A DNA stretch of 64,000 nt, taken from assembly GCA_028281365.1 (NCBI GenBank), contig JANQJZ010000044.1, forward strand, positions 29,818 to 93,817. Direction: 5' to 3'. Position 1 is the first letter of the stretch; the number at the start of each line of letters is the position of its first letter. Shown here in pieces: positions 1 to 8,068 of this stretch. Under the pieces are notes generated by a model that saw only the letters and a program-made list of their open reading frames with translations, searched no databases and was not told the origin of the DNA. The DNA is from Gammaproteobacteria bacterium (GTDB lineage: Bacteria > Pseudomonadota > Gammaproteobacteria > Eutrophobiales > Eutrophobiaceae). The translations under genes and the position numbers were made by a program.

Positions 1-231
1 AAAGGTTGGGTTTCCTTCTTCAGATAATGCTTTATATAAGCCTTCACGGGTTAGACCCGTGTCTCTGGCCAATTGACTCATATTTTTTGCACGAGCGATA
101 ACTCCCAATGCATGAACAATGAAAGCAGGATCATCACCTGCCTCTTCCAGACAGGCTTCAAGATACAACTGAATATCTTCTTCTGTTTTTAGATACTCAG
201 CTGAATCCCAGCGAGTAGTTTTAATTGCCAT
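1..231 (-). CDS. Addiction-module antidote (HTH antitoxin), partial at window edge
   Basis: Not in ORF track. ATG at 231, 3 nt after the toxin stop; reads MAIKTTRWDSAEYLKTEEDIQLYLEACLEEAGDDPAFIVHALGVIARAKNMSQLARDTGLTREGLYKALSEEGNPTF, typical of the addiction-module antidote family. Confidence 0.9.
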   Translation of the reverse strand, partial: MAIKTTRWDSAEYLKTEEDIQLYLEACLEEAGDDPAFIVHALGVIARAKNMSQLARDTGLTREGLYKALSEEGNPTF

Positions 232-234
232 AGT

Positions 235-531
235 TCACTCCTCTAATTGCCTTGCAAGGTCTTTAGCCTTGACAATGTTTAATGCTTGAGAGTCTTTATC
301 ACCACCGCATAGTAGGATAACGACAATATCAGTAATCTGTTTGAAGTAGATTCGGTAGCCTGGTCCATAGAAAATACGCAGTTCGCTGACACCTTCACCA
401 ACCGGGCCAACATCACCGAAATGACCCATTTCCATTCTGTCAATTCGAGCCTGTATACGGGCTTTTGCCCGCCGGTCCCTTAGCTTATCGAACCATTTAT
501 CGAAAATTTCCGTTTTTCGAATTTCAATCAT
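235..531 (-). CDS. RelE/ParE-superfamily addiction-module killer toxin
   Basis: FDKWFDKLRD..ARI..R...GHFGD...VGEGVSELRI.YGPGYRIYF...LLCGGDK signature; lies directly upstream of the antitoxin. Confidence 0.92.
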   Translation of the reverse strand: MIEIRKTEIFDKWFDKLRDRRAKARIQARIDRMEMGHFGDVGPVGEGVSELRIFYGPGYRIYFKQITDIVVILLCGGDKDSQALNIVKAKDLARQLEE

Positions 532-537
532 TTGTAA

Positions 538-568
538 ACTATAGTTGACAATCTAACAACTGTCAACT
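538..568 (-). promoter_or_regulatory. Sigma70 promoter of the TA cassette with overlapping palindromic operator
   Basis: Minus strand TTGACA (566-561)-N17-TATAGT (543-538); inverted repeat AGTTGACA-N10-TGTCAACT at 543-568. Confidence 0.8.
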
Positions 569-601
569 GTGGTTAACAGCTCGGTTACATTACATAATGC
601 C

Positions 602-662
602 TTCTAACGATTGAACTCAGCGGCACGCCTTTAGCGCGTCGCTTTGGAGTTATTGGTTATAA
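602..662 (-). repeat. attC site (61 bp)
   Basis: Minus strand R'' TTATAAC ... GC-rich imperfect hairpin ... R' GTTAGAA, 6 nt after the stop of 669..1244. Confidence 0.85.
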
Positions 663-668
663 GCCGTT

Positions 669-1244
669 TTATTTTGAATGATATTCTCCAAGCGCTTTTC
701 TTAAACCTCTAGTTGCATTTACTGCCCGATTGTAATCATTGATTTTGTATTTCTCATACTCACGATGATCAATCTCGTAAATATGTATACCAGAACGGGT
801 TTCCCACAGCCAAAGTAATTGATCTCTTAATGTGGCTTTGATAATACTTTTGTTCACCATCCTATTACATCTTTCACAAAAGCTATGCTTCTTACCTATG
901 ATGCCTACGGTTCCAGCGACTGCGAGAGTTTCACTTATTGAGCCCATTAAAGTTATAGCAGATTTGATTGTCATTTCTCTAGCCACACCGTATAGAGATG
1001 TTCGGTTTATAAGCCAAAGATAGACATCAGACTGGATTAGCGCATAAGCTAGGTTATTACGAACATTTTCATTTGAGACAAATGACAGTTGGCTTCTAAA
1101 GTGGTTTGCTGTGCGGATATACCCTTTTGGGAATTTGATTCTGCCAATACCATCTCGTCGATCACCTAGATAGTTTTGAATTTGCTGGAGACAAGTATCA
1201 GCAGTATTTACAACCAGCTTTAGTTCTTTGTCGTTAGAAATCAT
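669..1244 (-). CDS. Cassette-borne hypothetical protein, possible HEPN-like RNase
   Basis: 191 aa, apparently helical, C-terminal LWETRSGIH; flanked by GTTATAAGC / GCTTATAAC cassette cores. Confidence 0.7.
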   Translation of the reverse strand: MISNDKELKLVVNTADTCLQQIQNYLGDRRDGIGRIKFPKGYIRTANHFRSQLSFVSNENVRNNLAYALIQSDVYLWLINRTSLYGVAREMTIKSAITLMGSISETLAVAGTVGIIGKKHSFCERCNRMVNKSIIKATLRDQLLWLWETRSGIHIYEIDHREYEKYKINDYNRAVNATRGLRKALGEYHSK

Positions 1245-1262
1245 GCTTGTTTTCTGAAAAGC

Positions 1263-1319
1263 TTATAACGTTTGAATTCAGGCGGCGACAACGCCATCGT
1301 TTGGAATGATTTGTTAAGT
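1263..1319 (-). repeat. attC site (57 bp)
   Basis: Minus strand ACTTAAC-AAATCATTCCAAACG...CCTGAATTCAAAC-GTTATAA. Confidence 0.88.
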
Positions 1320-1322
1320 GAA

Positions 1323-1904
1323 TTATCCACTACAACCACCAAATTTTTGCCAAGCTTCTCCCGCAATTAGCTCAGATTGATCTCTAGCAATTTCCATAAA
1401 TTTTGCTGCTTCTTTTTCGGATATAGGAAAGTCAACCTCATGTACAGCTTTGTTTCTAAGAGCACGCAAATCATTAATATTTGCTACATCCTGTTTTGTT
1501 AATACCTCAGCTTGTTCAAGAGTTTTTAAAGCAGTACCAAACATTATTCGCTTTCCTTTTGGAACTAAGTCGAAATATTGAACTGTAGATATAGCAGTTG
1601 CCTCTAAACCCAACCAAGATTCAAGGATGGCTGCTCTAGGTGATGCTTCTTTAACTTGTTCTAGATAATAGTCAGTTTCTTCCTCTTCTTGGTTTTTTTC
1701 AGTAACTTCAATACGTTTTTTAGACTCTTGAGATTTGATACTTAATTCATCAAGACCTTTCTCAAACTCCATTTCAAGTTCTTTATACTTAAGTTTTTTG
1801 AGTTGCGGCAACAACTCGATTAATGATTTACGCAAGACAAACAATCCAATCAGGATAGTAATTGGCCAAGCTAATGAATCTATGATAGCTACTATATGCT
1901 CCAT
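1323..1904 (-). CDS. Cassette-borne membrane-anchored HEPN-like protein
   Basis: N-terminal TM helix (LAWPITILIGLFVL), charged coiled linker, C-terminal LRALRNKAVH (Rx4H). Confidence 0.75.
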   Translation of the reverse strand: MEHIVAIIDSLAWPITILIGLFVLRKSLIELLPQLKKLKYKELEMEFEKGLDELSIKSQESKKRIEVTEKNQEEEETDYYLEQVKEASPRAAILESWLGLEATAISTVQYFDLVPKGKRIMFGTALKTLEQAEVLTKQDVANINDLRALRNKAVHEVDFPISEKEAAKFMEIARDQSELIAGEAWQKFGGCSG

Positions 1905-1908
1905 ATTT

Positions 1909-1969
1909 CCTTAACGCTTAGGCTCAGACGCGCACCTTGTGCGCGTCTGACTGAAGTCTCTTGTTAGGT
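1909..1969 (-). repeat. attC site (61 bp)
   Basis: Minus strand ACCTAAC ... TCAGACGCGCAC-AAG-GTGCGCGTCTGA palindrome ... GTTAAGG. Confidence 0.9.
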
Positions 1970-1974
1970 GACTA

Positions 1975-2466
1975 CTATTTTTTTCTAACGTACTCGACTT
2001 CATGAGATGAAATAACCTCTTTTCCGACATCATACATAGCAGTACTTCCACGAAGGATATTCCCATCTCCCACAATCTCTAGGAGAAGAACAGAATATGA
2101 CAGGCGATTTTTGATAGGAGAGCGGAATGTTAAGCTAACGAATCTATCTGATATATCACCCGACACGTCTAAGGATATTGTTTCAGAATTTAAATCTGGT
2201 TTTGGTACTAAAGTTGCGGTTCCAGAAAGGCGATGTGCAATTTGCTTTAGACTCATTACTTCATGTTGAGCCCATGATCCATCATCATCTGGACCATCCA
2301 CTAGTTCCCAAGTGCCTTGAATATTCAAACCTTTATATACGTGAGATTCATACTTTGGGATTACTGTGTCATTCCAAAATCTATTTAAAAACCAGAGAAG
2401 GGTAGCTGTCAGTACGCCGCTTACTAACCCTATCAATATACTATTTGCTGTGTCTGCGGAGATCAT
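1975..2466 (-). CDS. Cassette-borne TM + beta-strand-rich protein (Cap15/S-2TMbeta-like)
   Basis: One N-terminal TM helix, then YKGLNIQGTW and a run of alternating beta-strands. Confidence 0.65.
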   Translation of the reverse strand: MISADTANSILIGLVSGVLTATLLWFLNRFWNDTVIPKYESHVYKGLNIQGTWELVDGPDDDGSWAQHEVMSLKQIAHRLSGTATLVPKPDLNSETISLDVSGDISDRFVSLTFRSPIKNRLSYSVLLLEIVGDGNILRGSTAMYDVGKEVISSHEVEYVRKK

Positions 2467-2472
2467 TTAGTC

Positions 2473-2531
2473 ACCTAACTACGGTTTTTAAGTGGCAGAT
2501 TGTCCCATAAACTTATATAGAGGCGCATAAC
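2473..2531 (-). promoter_or_regulatory. attI-like site at the head of the array
   Basis: TAAAAACCGTA-GTTAGGT with no attC hairpin upstream; upstream GTTATGC and GTTTATGG direct-repeat-like boxes. Confidence 0.55.
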
Positions 2532-2668
2532 GGATATCATAGAAAATCTCCTTGTATCAATAAAATATGAAATAGACAAACTATAGTAACTCTATATGCA
2601 AAGTACCCATTTTATATTTTGAATATTTAATAAGTAATTATAGAACATTACTGTGAATGTCATGGCTT

Positions 2669-3331
2669 TTAATTTAAAACTACCCGATACAGCTCATGCC
2701 CACTTTCGTAATACTTCTTCTCAAACGGGCTGATAAAATCTTTTATATCGACATTATCTATTGATGTTTTTTTGTTTGTGACTATATCCAATGCGAATTT
2801 AAATTCCTCTGCATAGATCTGCCAGTTGGTTCTTAATTCTATTTGATCACTTAGACCAACCATCTCAGGAAAAATCGGATGTCCCTGCCAACGTCGTTTT
2901 AATTGATCTTTTTTCGGCCAGGGGTTTGGATAAAGCAGGTAATGTTTTTTTATGTTCCAGTTTGTTTTTTTTGTTAAACGCCAAATGTCAACAATATCTG
3001 CCCTGACAAGGATTAAATTATCTTCATGATAAACCGTTTTATCTTTTATTAATTTATCCAAACGTTTTTCAGATTTATCGATACCGATAATTAAATTATC
3101 AGGATAAATTTTTACCAGGTTAAAACTACTCTCACCCGTGCCACAACCCGAATCAAGAATGATAGGTTTGTTAACCTTTTTTTGTATTTCATCAACCTGA
3201 TGAAAGATGTCTTCAGAAAATTCCCGATACGGTTTTTTATATGGGTGCGATAAATGTTTTTTAACTATCTGTTCGAGATCTTTGTGAATACCCGATTGAT
3301 TACTGCTAACAACGTTTGATCTTTTCGTCAT
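2669..3331 (-). CDS. trmB: TrmB-family SAM-dependent methyltransferase
   Basis: LDSGCGTG SAM motif, YPNPWPK, ELRTNW, SPFEKKY. Confidence 0.75.
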   Translation of the reverse strand: MTKRSNVVSSNQSGIHKDLEQIVKKHLSHPYKKPYREFSEDIFHQVDEIQKKVNKPIILDSGCGTGESSFNLVKIYPDNLIIGIDKSEKRLDKLIKDKTVYHEDNLILVRADIVDIWRLTKKTNWNIKKHYLLYPNPWPKKDQLKRRWQGHPIFPEMVGLSDQIELRTNWQIYAEEFKFALDIVTNKKTSIDNVDIKDFISPFEKKYYESGHELYRVVLN

Positions 3332-4218
3332 TAATCCTGAAATTGAATAACGGATTGCGCCTCAAACACCGGCCCATCGACACAAACGCGTTTCATTGCC
3401 GGGCCGTTATCGGTTTCGATTAACACCGTACAACCCGCACAACCGCCTACAGCACAAGCCATGTATTCTTCCAAAGAAACCTGACACGGTAGATCATATT
3501 CTCTTGCCAGTTGTGCAACGGCTTTTAACATCAGTGTCGGGCCGCAGGAAAAGATCTCAACTTCCTTACGTTGATCTTTATCAAGATTATTCAGCCAATG
3601 CCGGGCGAGATCGGTGACATAACCATTAAAACAGCCGGGATAGTCTTGCAGACTTGTTAAACGTGATGGAATCCCCCAATCGTCCAGTAATGGCATAGAT
3701 GCAATTACTTCAGCAGGCATTCCGTTTAGTATGATTTGTGATGGTCGGCTTTTAAATGGAAACGGGATCTCTGATCCCATGATAACCAGAGGATTTAAAT
3801 CTTTTGTCGTATTTTTTATATGTTCTGCCAGGAACACCATCGGCGGAATACCTACACCGCCACCAATCAATAAAGGTCGTTTTTTATATTTATCCAGTTT
3901 AAATGATTGTCCTATCGGGCCAATCAGATCAATTTGATCACCGACGTTGCGTTTTGATAAAAGATCGGTTCCTTCACCATGCACTTTATAGAGAACATCA
4001 ATCGTATTTTCTTTCGCATTACTACGCATGATCGACATGGGTCTACGCATGTATAAAACCGGATCGCATTGCATATGAATAAAATGACCTGGCCTGGCAT
4101 GGGCAGCAGTCTCCGGTGCCTGTAAGCGCATATGGAATTGTTGTTCGGCATATTCATCTTGCGAAAGCAGTTCTGCCTGTTCCACATATAATGTGTTTCG
4201 TGTTGCAGGATGTGTCAT
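3331..4218 (-). CDS. pyrK: Dihydroorotate dehydrogenase electron transfer subunit
   Basis: RRPMS, GGGVGIPP, EEYMACAVGGCAGC..RVCVDGPVF 2Fe-2S motif. Confidence 0.9.
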   Translation of the reverse strand: MTHPATRNTLYVEQAELLSQDEYAEQQFHMRLQAPETAAHARPGHFIHMQCDPVLYMRRPMSIMRSNAKENTIDVLYKVHGEGTDLLSKRNVGDQIDLIGPIGQSFKLDKYKKRPLLIGGGVGIPPMVFLAEHIKNTTKDLNPLVIMGSEIPFPFKSRPSQIILNGMPAEVIASMPLLDDWGIPSRLTSLQDYPGCFNGYVTDLARHWLNNLDKDQRKEVEIFSCGPTLMLKAVAQLAREYDLPCQVSLEEYMACAVGGCAGCTVLIETDNGPAMKRVCVDGPVFEAQSVIQFQD

Positions 4219-4221
4219 TAA

Positions 4222-5499
4222 TTATTCCCGGGTAAAAACAACTTCACCATTTAATATTGTATGAGATACCTGTCCTGGTAACTCCCAACCTTTAAACGGT
4301 GAATTTTTTCCGGCACTATGTAAATTATCCTGTTCTACGTTTGTGCTCTTATCTAAATCTACAATACATATATCGGCATCTTTATCTATTTCAATCCTGC
4401 CTTTGTCAATTCCCAATATATTTGCAGGTTGTGATGTCAGTAATGGTATTGCTTTTTCTAATTTTATCTCTTTGCGATCAACCAGGTGTAATAATAAAGG
4501 TAATAGATGTTCTATGGTTGACGCACCTGGTTCGGTCAAACTAAACGGTGCCGATTTCGCATCAACGTCATGCGGTTGATGGTCTGAACAAACGGCTGTT
4601 ATAACACCATCATTAATCCCGTTAATTAATCCCTGGCGATCTCGTTCACTTCTTAATGGTGGCTGTAGATGACAATCACTATTGTAATCTGCAATATCCA
4701 TTTCCGTGAGATGCAGGTTACATATTGCAACGTCGGCTGTTACCGGGAGATCTTTTGCTTGTGCTTCCTGGATTAATTTAACGCCGCGTGCTGTTGATAA
4801 GCGGCAGAAATGAGTTTTAACATTAGTCTGTTCAACTAAAAGAAGGGCACGACTTAACGCGACTGTCTCTGCTGTTTCGGGTATAGGCGGTAAACCTAAA
4901 CGTGTACTTAATTGCCCTTCATGTGCAACACCATTATTCCTTAACGATGTATCTTCTGCATAAAAGAAAACCGTCAGGTCACAGCTACGTGCGTATTCAA
5001 ATGCACGTCTTAGTACTTCTGTATTTTCAATTGGTGCAAGTGCATTACTGACACCAATACAACCTGCCTGTTTCAATGTATTCATCTCGGCTAATTGTTC
5101 ACCTTGTAAGCCGAGGGTTAAAGCGCCTAATGGAAATACATTAGTGCGTTTAGTCTCGGATGCACGTTGTTGAATCAGATCAACGACTGCTGTTGTATCA
5201 ATAACGGGCTTGGTATCAGGTGGGCAACATATAGAAGTGATGCCGCTACTATTTGCAGCGTAACATTCTGTTTCAAACGTTGCTTTATATTCAAAACCAG
5301 GTTCTCGCAGGCGTGCACATAAATCGATCAAACCGGGTATAACAATTTTGTCTTTCGCATCTATTTCTACATCGCTATCGAAACCGCCTGGTTTCTTTTT
5401 GATACCAACTATCTTGTCATCAGCAATAAATAAATCCTGTTTTGCATCCAGTTTGTTTGTCGGATCAAAAAGTCTACCGCCCTTGATATGGATATTCAT
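4222..5499 (-). CDS. pyrC: Dihydroorotase-like protein (PyrC', probably non-catalytic ATCase subunit)
   Basis: Amidohydrolase fold; DLCARLREPG replaces the HxH metal ligands; follows pyrB. Confidence 0.88.
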   Translation of the reverse strand: MNIHIKGGRLFDPTNKLDAKQDLFIADDKIVGIKKKPGGFDSDVEIDAKDKIVIPGLIDLCARLREPGFEYKATFETECYAANSSGITSICCPPDTKPVIDTTAVVDLIQQRASETKRTNVFPLGALTLGLQGEQLAEMNTLKQAGCIGVSNALAPIENTEVLRRAFEYARSCDLTVFFYAEDTSLRNNGVAHEGQLSTRLGLPPIPETAETVALSRALLLVEQTNVKTHFCRLSTARGVKLIQEAQAKDLPVTADVAICNLHLTEMDIADYNSDCHLQPPLRSERDRQGLINGINDGVITAVCSDHQPHDVDAKSAPFSLTEPGASTIEHLLPLLLHLVDRKEIKLEKAIPLLTSQPANILGIDKGRIEIDKDADICIVDLDKSTNVEQDNLHSAGKNSPFKGWELPGQVSHTILNGEVVFTRE

Positions 5500-6479
5500 T
5501 ATTCATTTTCCTCCATATCATCACCGCTTCGTCCCATGGTCATTGCCATTACAGCCATGCGCACAGCAATACCATGACTGACTTGCTGCAAAATAACCGA
5601 GCGCTCACTATCGGCTACACTGGAATCGATTTCAACACCACGATTTATTGGACCCGGATGCATGACAATCGCATCGGGCTTTGCTTTCTCTAATCGTTTA
5701 CCGGTTAATCCGTAACGCTGAAAATATTCAAATTCACTGGGCAATAATGCGCCCCGCATACGTTCCCGTTGCAAACGTAACATCATCACGACATCAACGC
5801 CTTCAAGACCCTCATCCATATCGTGATGAACATGCACACCTAAACTTTCTACTTCTTTAGGTATTAATGTATGTGGTGCAACGATCCGTGTTTCTAATAC
5901 GCCTAATGTGTTTAGTGCATGGATCTCCGACCGGGCTACCCGTGAATGTAAGACATCACCAACGATTGCAACACGCAGGTTTTCGAACTCCTTTTTATGT
6001 CGGCGTATAGTAAACATATCCAGCATTGCCTGGGTCGGATGGGCATGACGACCGTCACCCGCATTAATGACACTGATATGGGGTGCTACTTGAGTTGCAA
6101 TATAATGTGCTGCACCACTATTTGCATGTCTGACCACAAACATATCGCAATGCATGGCCTCAAGTGTTTGCAGAGTATCACTAAGAGATTCACCCTTACT
6201 TGTTGCAGAAGTAGAGATATTCAGGTTCAGGATATCGGCTGATAATCGCTTGGCTGCAAGTTCAAACGTTGTACGGGTCCGGGTACTGGGTTCAAAAAAC
6301 AGGTTGGCTATGGTCTTACCACGTAAAAGCGGGACCTTTTTTACCGGTCTGTCACCGACAGTCGCAAAGGATTCAGCGTGATCGAGGATTTTCTGGAGTA
6401 AAGATTGGCTTAAACCTTCTGTAGTAAGAAAATGTTTTAGATTGCCGTTATTGTCGAGTTGAATTGTGTTTCCAGTCAT
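5499..6479 (-). CDS. pyrB: Aspartate carbamoyltransferase catalytic subunit
   Basis: [26 protein letters not shown]. Confidence 0.97.
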   Translation of the reverse strand: MTGNTIQLDNNGNLKHFLTTEGLSQSLLQKILDHAESFATVGDRPVKKVPLLRGKTIANLFFEPSTRTRTTFELAAKRLSADILNLNISTSATSKGESLSDTLQTLEAMHCDMFVVRHANSGAAHYIATQVAPHISVINAGDGRHAHPTQAMLDMFTIRRHKKEFENLRVAIVGDVLHSRVARSEIHALNTLGVLETRIVAPHTLIPKEVESLGVHVHHDMDEGLEGVDVVMMLRLQRERMRGALLPSEFEYFQRYGLTGKRLEKAKPDAIVMHPGPINRGVEIDSSVADSERSVILQQVSHGIAVRMAVMAMTMGRSGDDMEENE

Positions 6480-6982
6480 CCCGTTTGTTTTATTTCCAGT
6501 GCCAATGGCTCTGGGCCGGAGAGTTTAGCATGTTCTCCCTCATTCAGGATAATTGTTTTTCCAATTATATCAGCCTGGATAGGAAGTTCTCTCCCGCTAC
6601 GATCGATCAATACAGCTAAACTAATACTCTTTGGTCGACCGTAATCAAAGATCTCATTCATGGCCGCACGGATGGTTCTACCTGTATAGAGCACATCGTC
6701 AACAAGAATAATGTGGCGATTCTTGATATCGACAGGCAATTGACTTGGGCTAACTTCGGGGTGCATACCTAATGTACTGAAATCATCCCGATAAAAAGCA
6801 ATATTTAATTCTCCTAATGGATCACTATAGCCAAGCTGTTCATGCAACTGTTTGGCAATCCATGCACCGCCCCGCTTGATTCCTATCATCAGGGGATCTT
6901 CATGACCACTTCTACCAGTATGTTCTTTAATTGAACTGGCCATCTCAGTGAGTAACTCATCAATATTAATTTGTTCAGACAT
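6476..6982 (-). CDS. pyrR: Pyrimidine regulator / uracil phosphoribosyltransferase
   Basis: [28 protein letters not shown]. Confidence 0.95.
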   Translation of the reverse strand: MSEQINIDELLTEMASSIKEHTGRSGHEDPLMIGIKRGGAWIAKQLHEQLGYSDPLGELNIAFYRDDFSTLGMHPEVSPSQLPVDIKNRHIILVDDVLYTGRTIRAAMNEIFDYGRPKSISLAVLIDRSGRELPIQADIIGKTIILNEGEHAKLSGPEPLALEIKQTG

Positions 6983-6987
6983 TTTAT

Positions 6988-7422
6988 CTAGTGTTCCTGA
7001 TTATCTGTCGCTTTATGATTATTGTTACTAGTATTTTCATTTAGCCATGTTTCAAGAATAAGTCGGGCAGCTACTGGATCAAGGTTTCTGGTTGATTTCA
7101 ACTCCCGCCTCGCTTCATAGCTGGATAGTTGTTCTTCGATCATTTCAACTGAAATATTAAATCGATTTTGAAGTTGTCGGGTAAATTTTTCAGCCGCCTC
7201 TGTCATTTCTTGCCGATCACCTTCCAGTGTTAATGGTTGACCAACAATTAATTTATTCGGGTTCCAGCGTTCGATCAAATATTCAATATTATCCCAATCA
7301 GGCTTACCGCCTACTATCATTATTGTTTCAAGCGCGGTGGCTGTGCCAGTTACTGTTTGCCCTACTGCTGCACCAATCCGCTTTTTACCATAATCAAAGC
7401 AGAGTAATGTTTGATTGTTCAC
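6988..7422 (-). CDS. ruvX: YqgF/RuvX pre-16S rRNA nuclease
   Basis: FDYGKKRIGAAVG, EEQLSS, D..AARLIL. Confidence 0.93.
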   Translation of the reverse strand: MNNQTLLCFDYGKKRIGAAVGQTVTGTATALETIMIVGGKPDWDNIEYLIERWNPNKLIVGQPLTLEGDRQEMTEAAEKFTRQLQNRFNISVEMIEEQLSSYEARRELKSTRNLDPVAARLILETWLNENTSNNNHKATDNQEH

Positions 7423-7979
7423 GCGTGACCAATATCAGATGATAACTTATCAATATCAACTCCCATATGGCCGGCAGCAAGTTCCCAACAATGTTCATAA
7501 GGAGTATTAAAAATTATATCCCGATCGGCAGGCCCACTTAACCAGGCGTTATCCATTATTTCCTGCTCAAGCTGTCCACCAGCCCAACCAGCATAACCCA
7601 GTGCGATTAGCGAGTCTTTTGGTCCATCACCTTCAGCAATCGCTTCAAGAATATCTTTTGATGTTGTAACACAAATCTCTTCCGAGACAATAATTGATGA
7701 ATCCCACTGCTGATTTGCATTATGTAAAATAAATCCACGATCTGTATGAACAGGCCCACCGTGAAATATTTTTTTAGCATAAGCATCCGGATCATTAATA
7801 GGTATTTCCATTTGCTCGAATATTTCCCCAAGCTCTATATCAAGTGGTTTATTAATTACGATTCCCATCGCTCCTTCTTCATTGTGAGCGCAAATATACG
7901 TTACAGTTCTCTCAAAGTTTGGGTCTTTGAGACTCGGCATCGCAATCAGGAACTGATTAGTCAGATTTGTTTGCTCCAT
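7419..7979 (-). CDS. algH: YqgE/AlgH family protein
   Basis: FLIAMP, GAMGIVIN, GGPV, GYAGWAGGQLE; start set at internal ATG (MEQT). Confidence 0.93.
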   Translation of the reverse strand: MEQTNLTNQFLIAMPSLKDPNFERTVTYICAHNEEGAMGIVINKPLDIELGEIFEQMEIPINDPDAYAKKIFHGGPVHTDRGFILHNANQQWDSSIIVSEEICVTTSKDILEAIAEGDGPKDSLIALGYAGWAGGQLEQEIMDNAWLSGPADRDIIFNTPYEHCWELAAGHMGVDIDKLSSDIGHA

Positions 7980-8068
7980 ACGGATAGTATCAACAGTTAT
8001 CACTATTTCAACAAGCTTTTTTAATATTCAACAACAAGCAATATTTATGCAAATTAATAAAAAATACT

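Larger units (their letters stand above)
1..2479 (-). mobile_element. Integron gene-cassette array (at least 4 cassettes, truncated by window edge), no adjacent intI
   Basis: Co-oriented ORFs, each followed by an attC; each complete cassette begins with a GTT core complementary to its own terminal AAC core. Confidence 0.9.

Noticed and set aside
602-1969. CRISPR array or plain terminators at the intergenic hairpins
   Set aside because: Repeats are non-identical, separated by whole genes and bounded by AAC/GTT cores, which fits attC sites.
2480-2668. Integron integrase gene or remnant; LexA box
   Set aside because: No ORF with tyrosine-recombinase motifs and no CTGT-N8-ACAG; the gap is too short.
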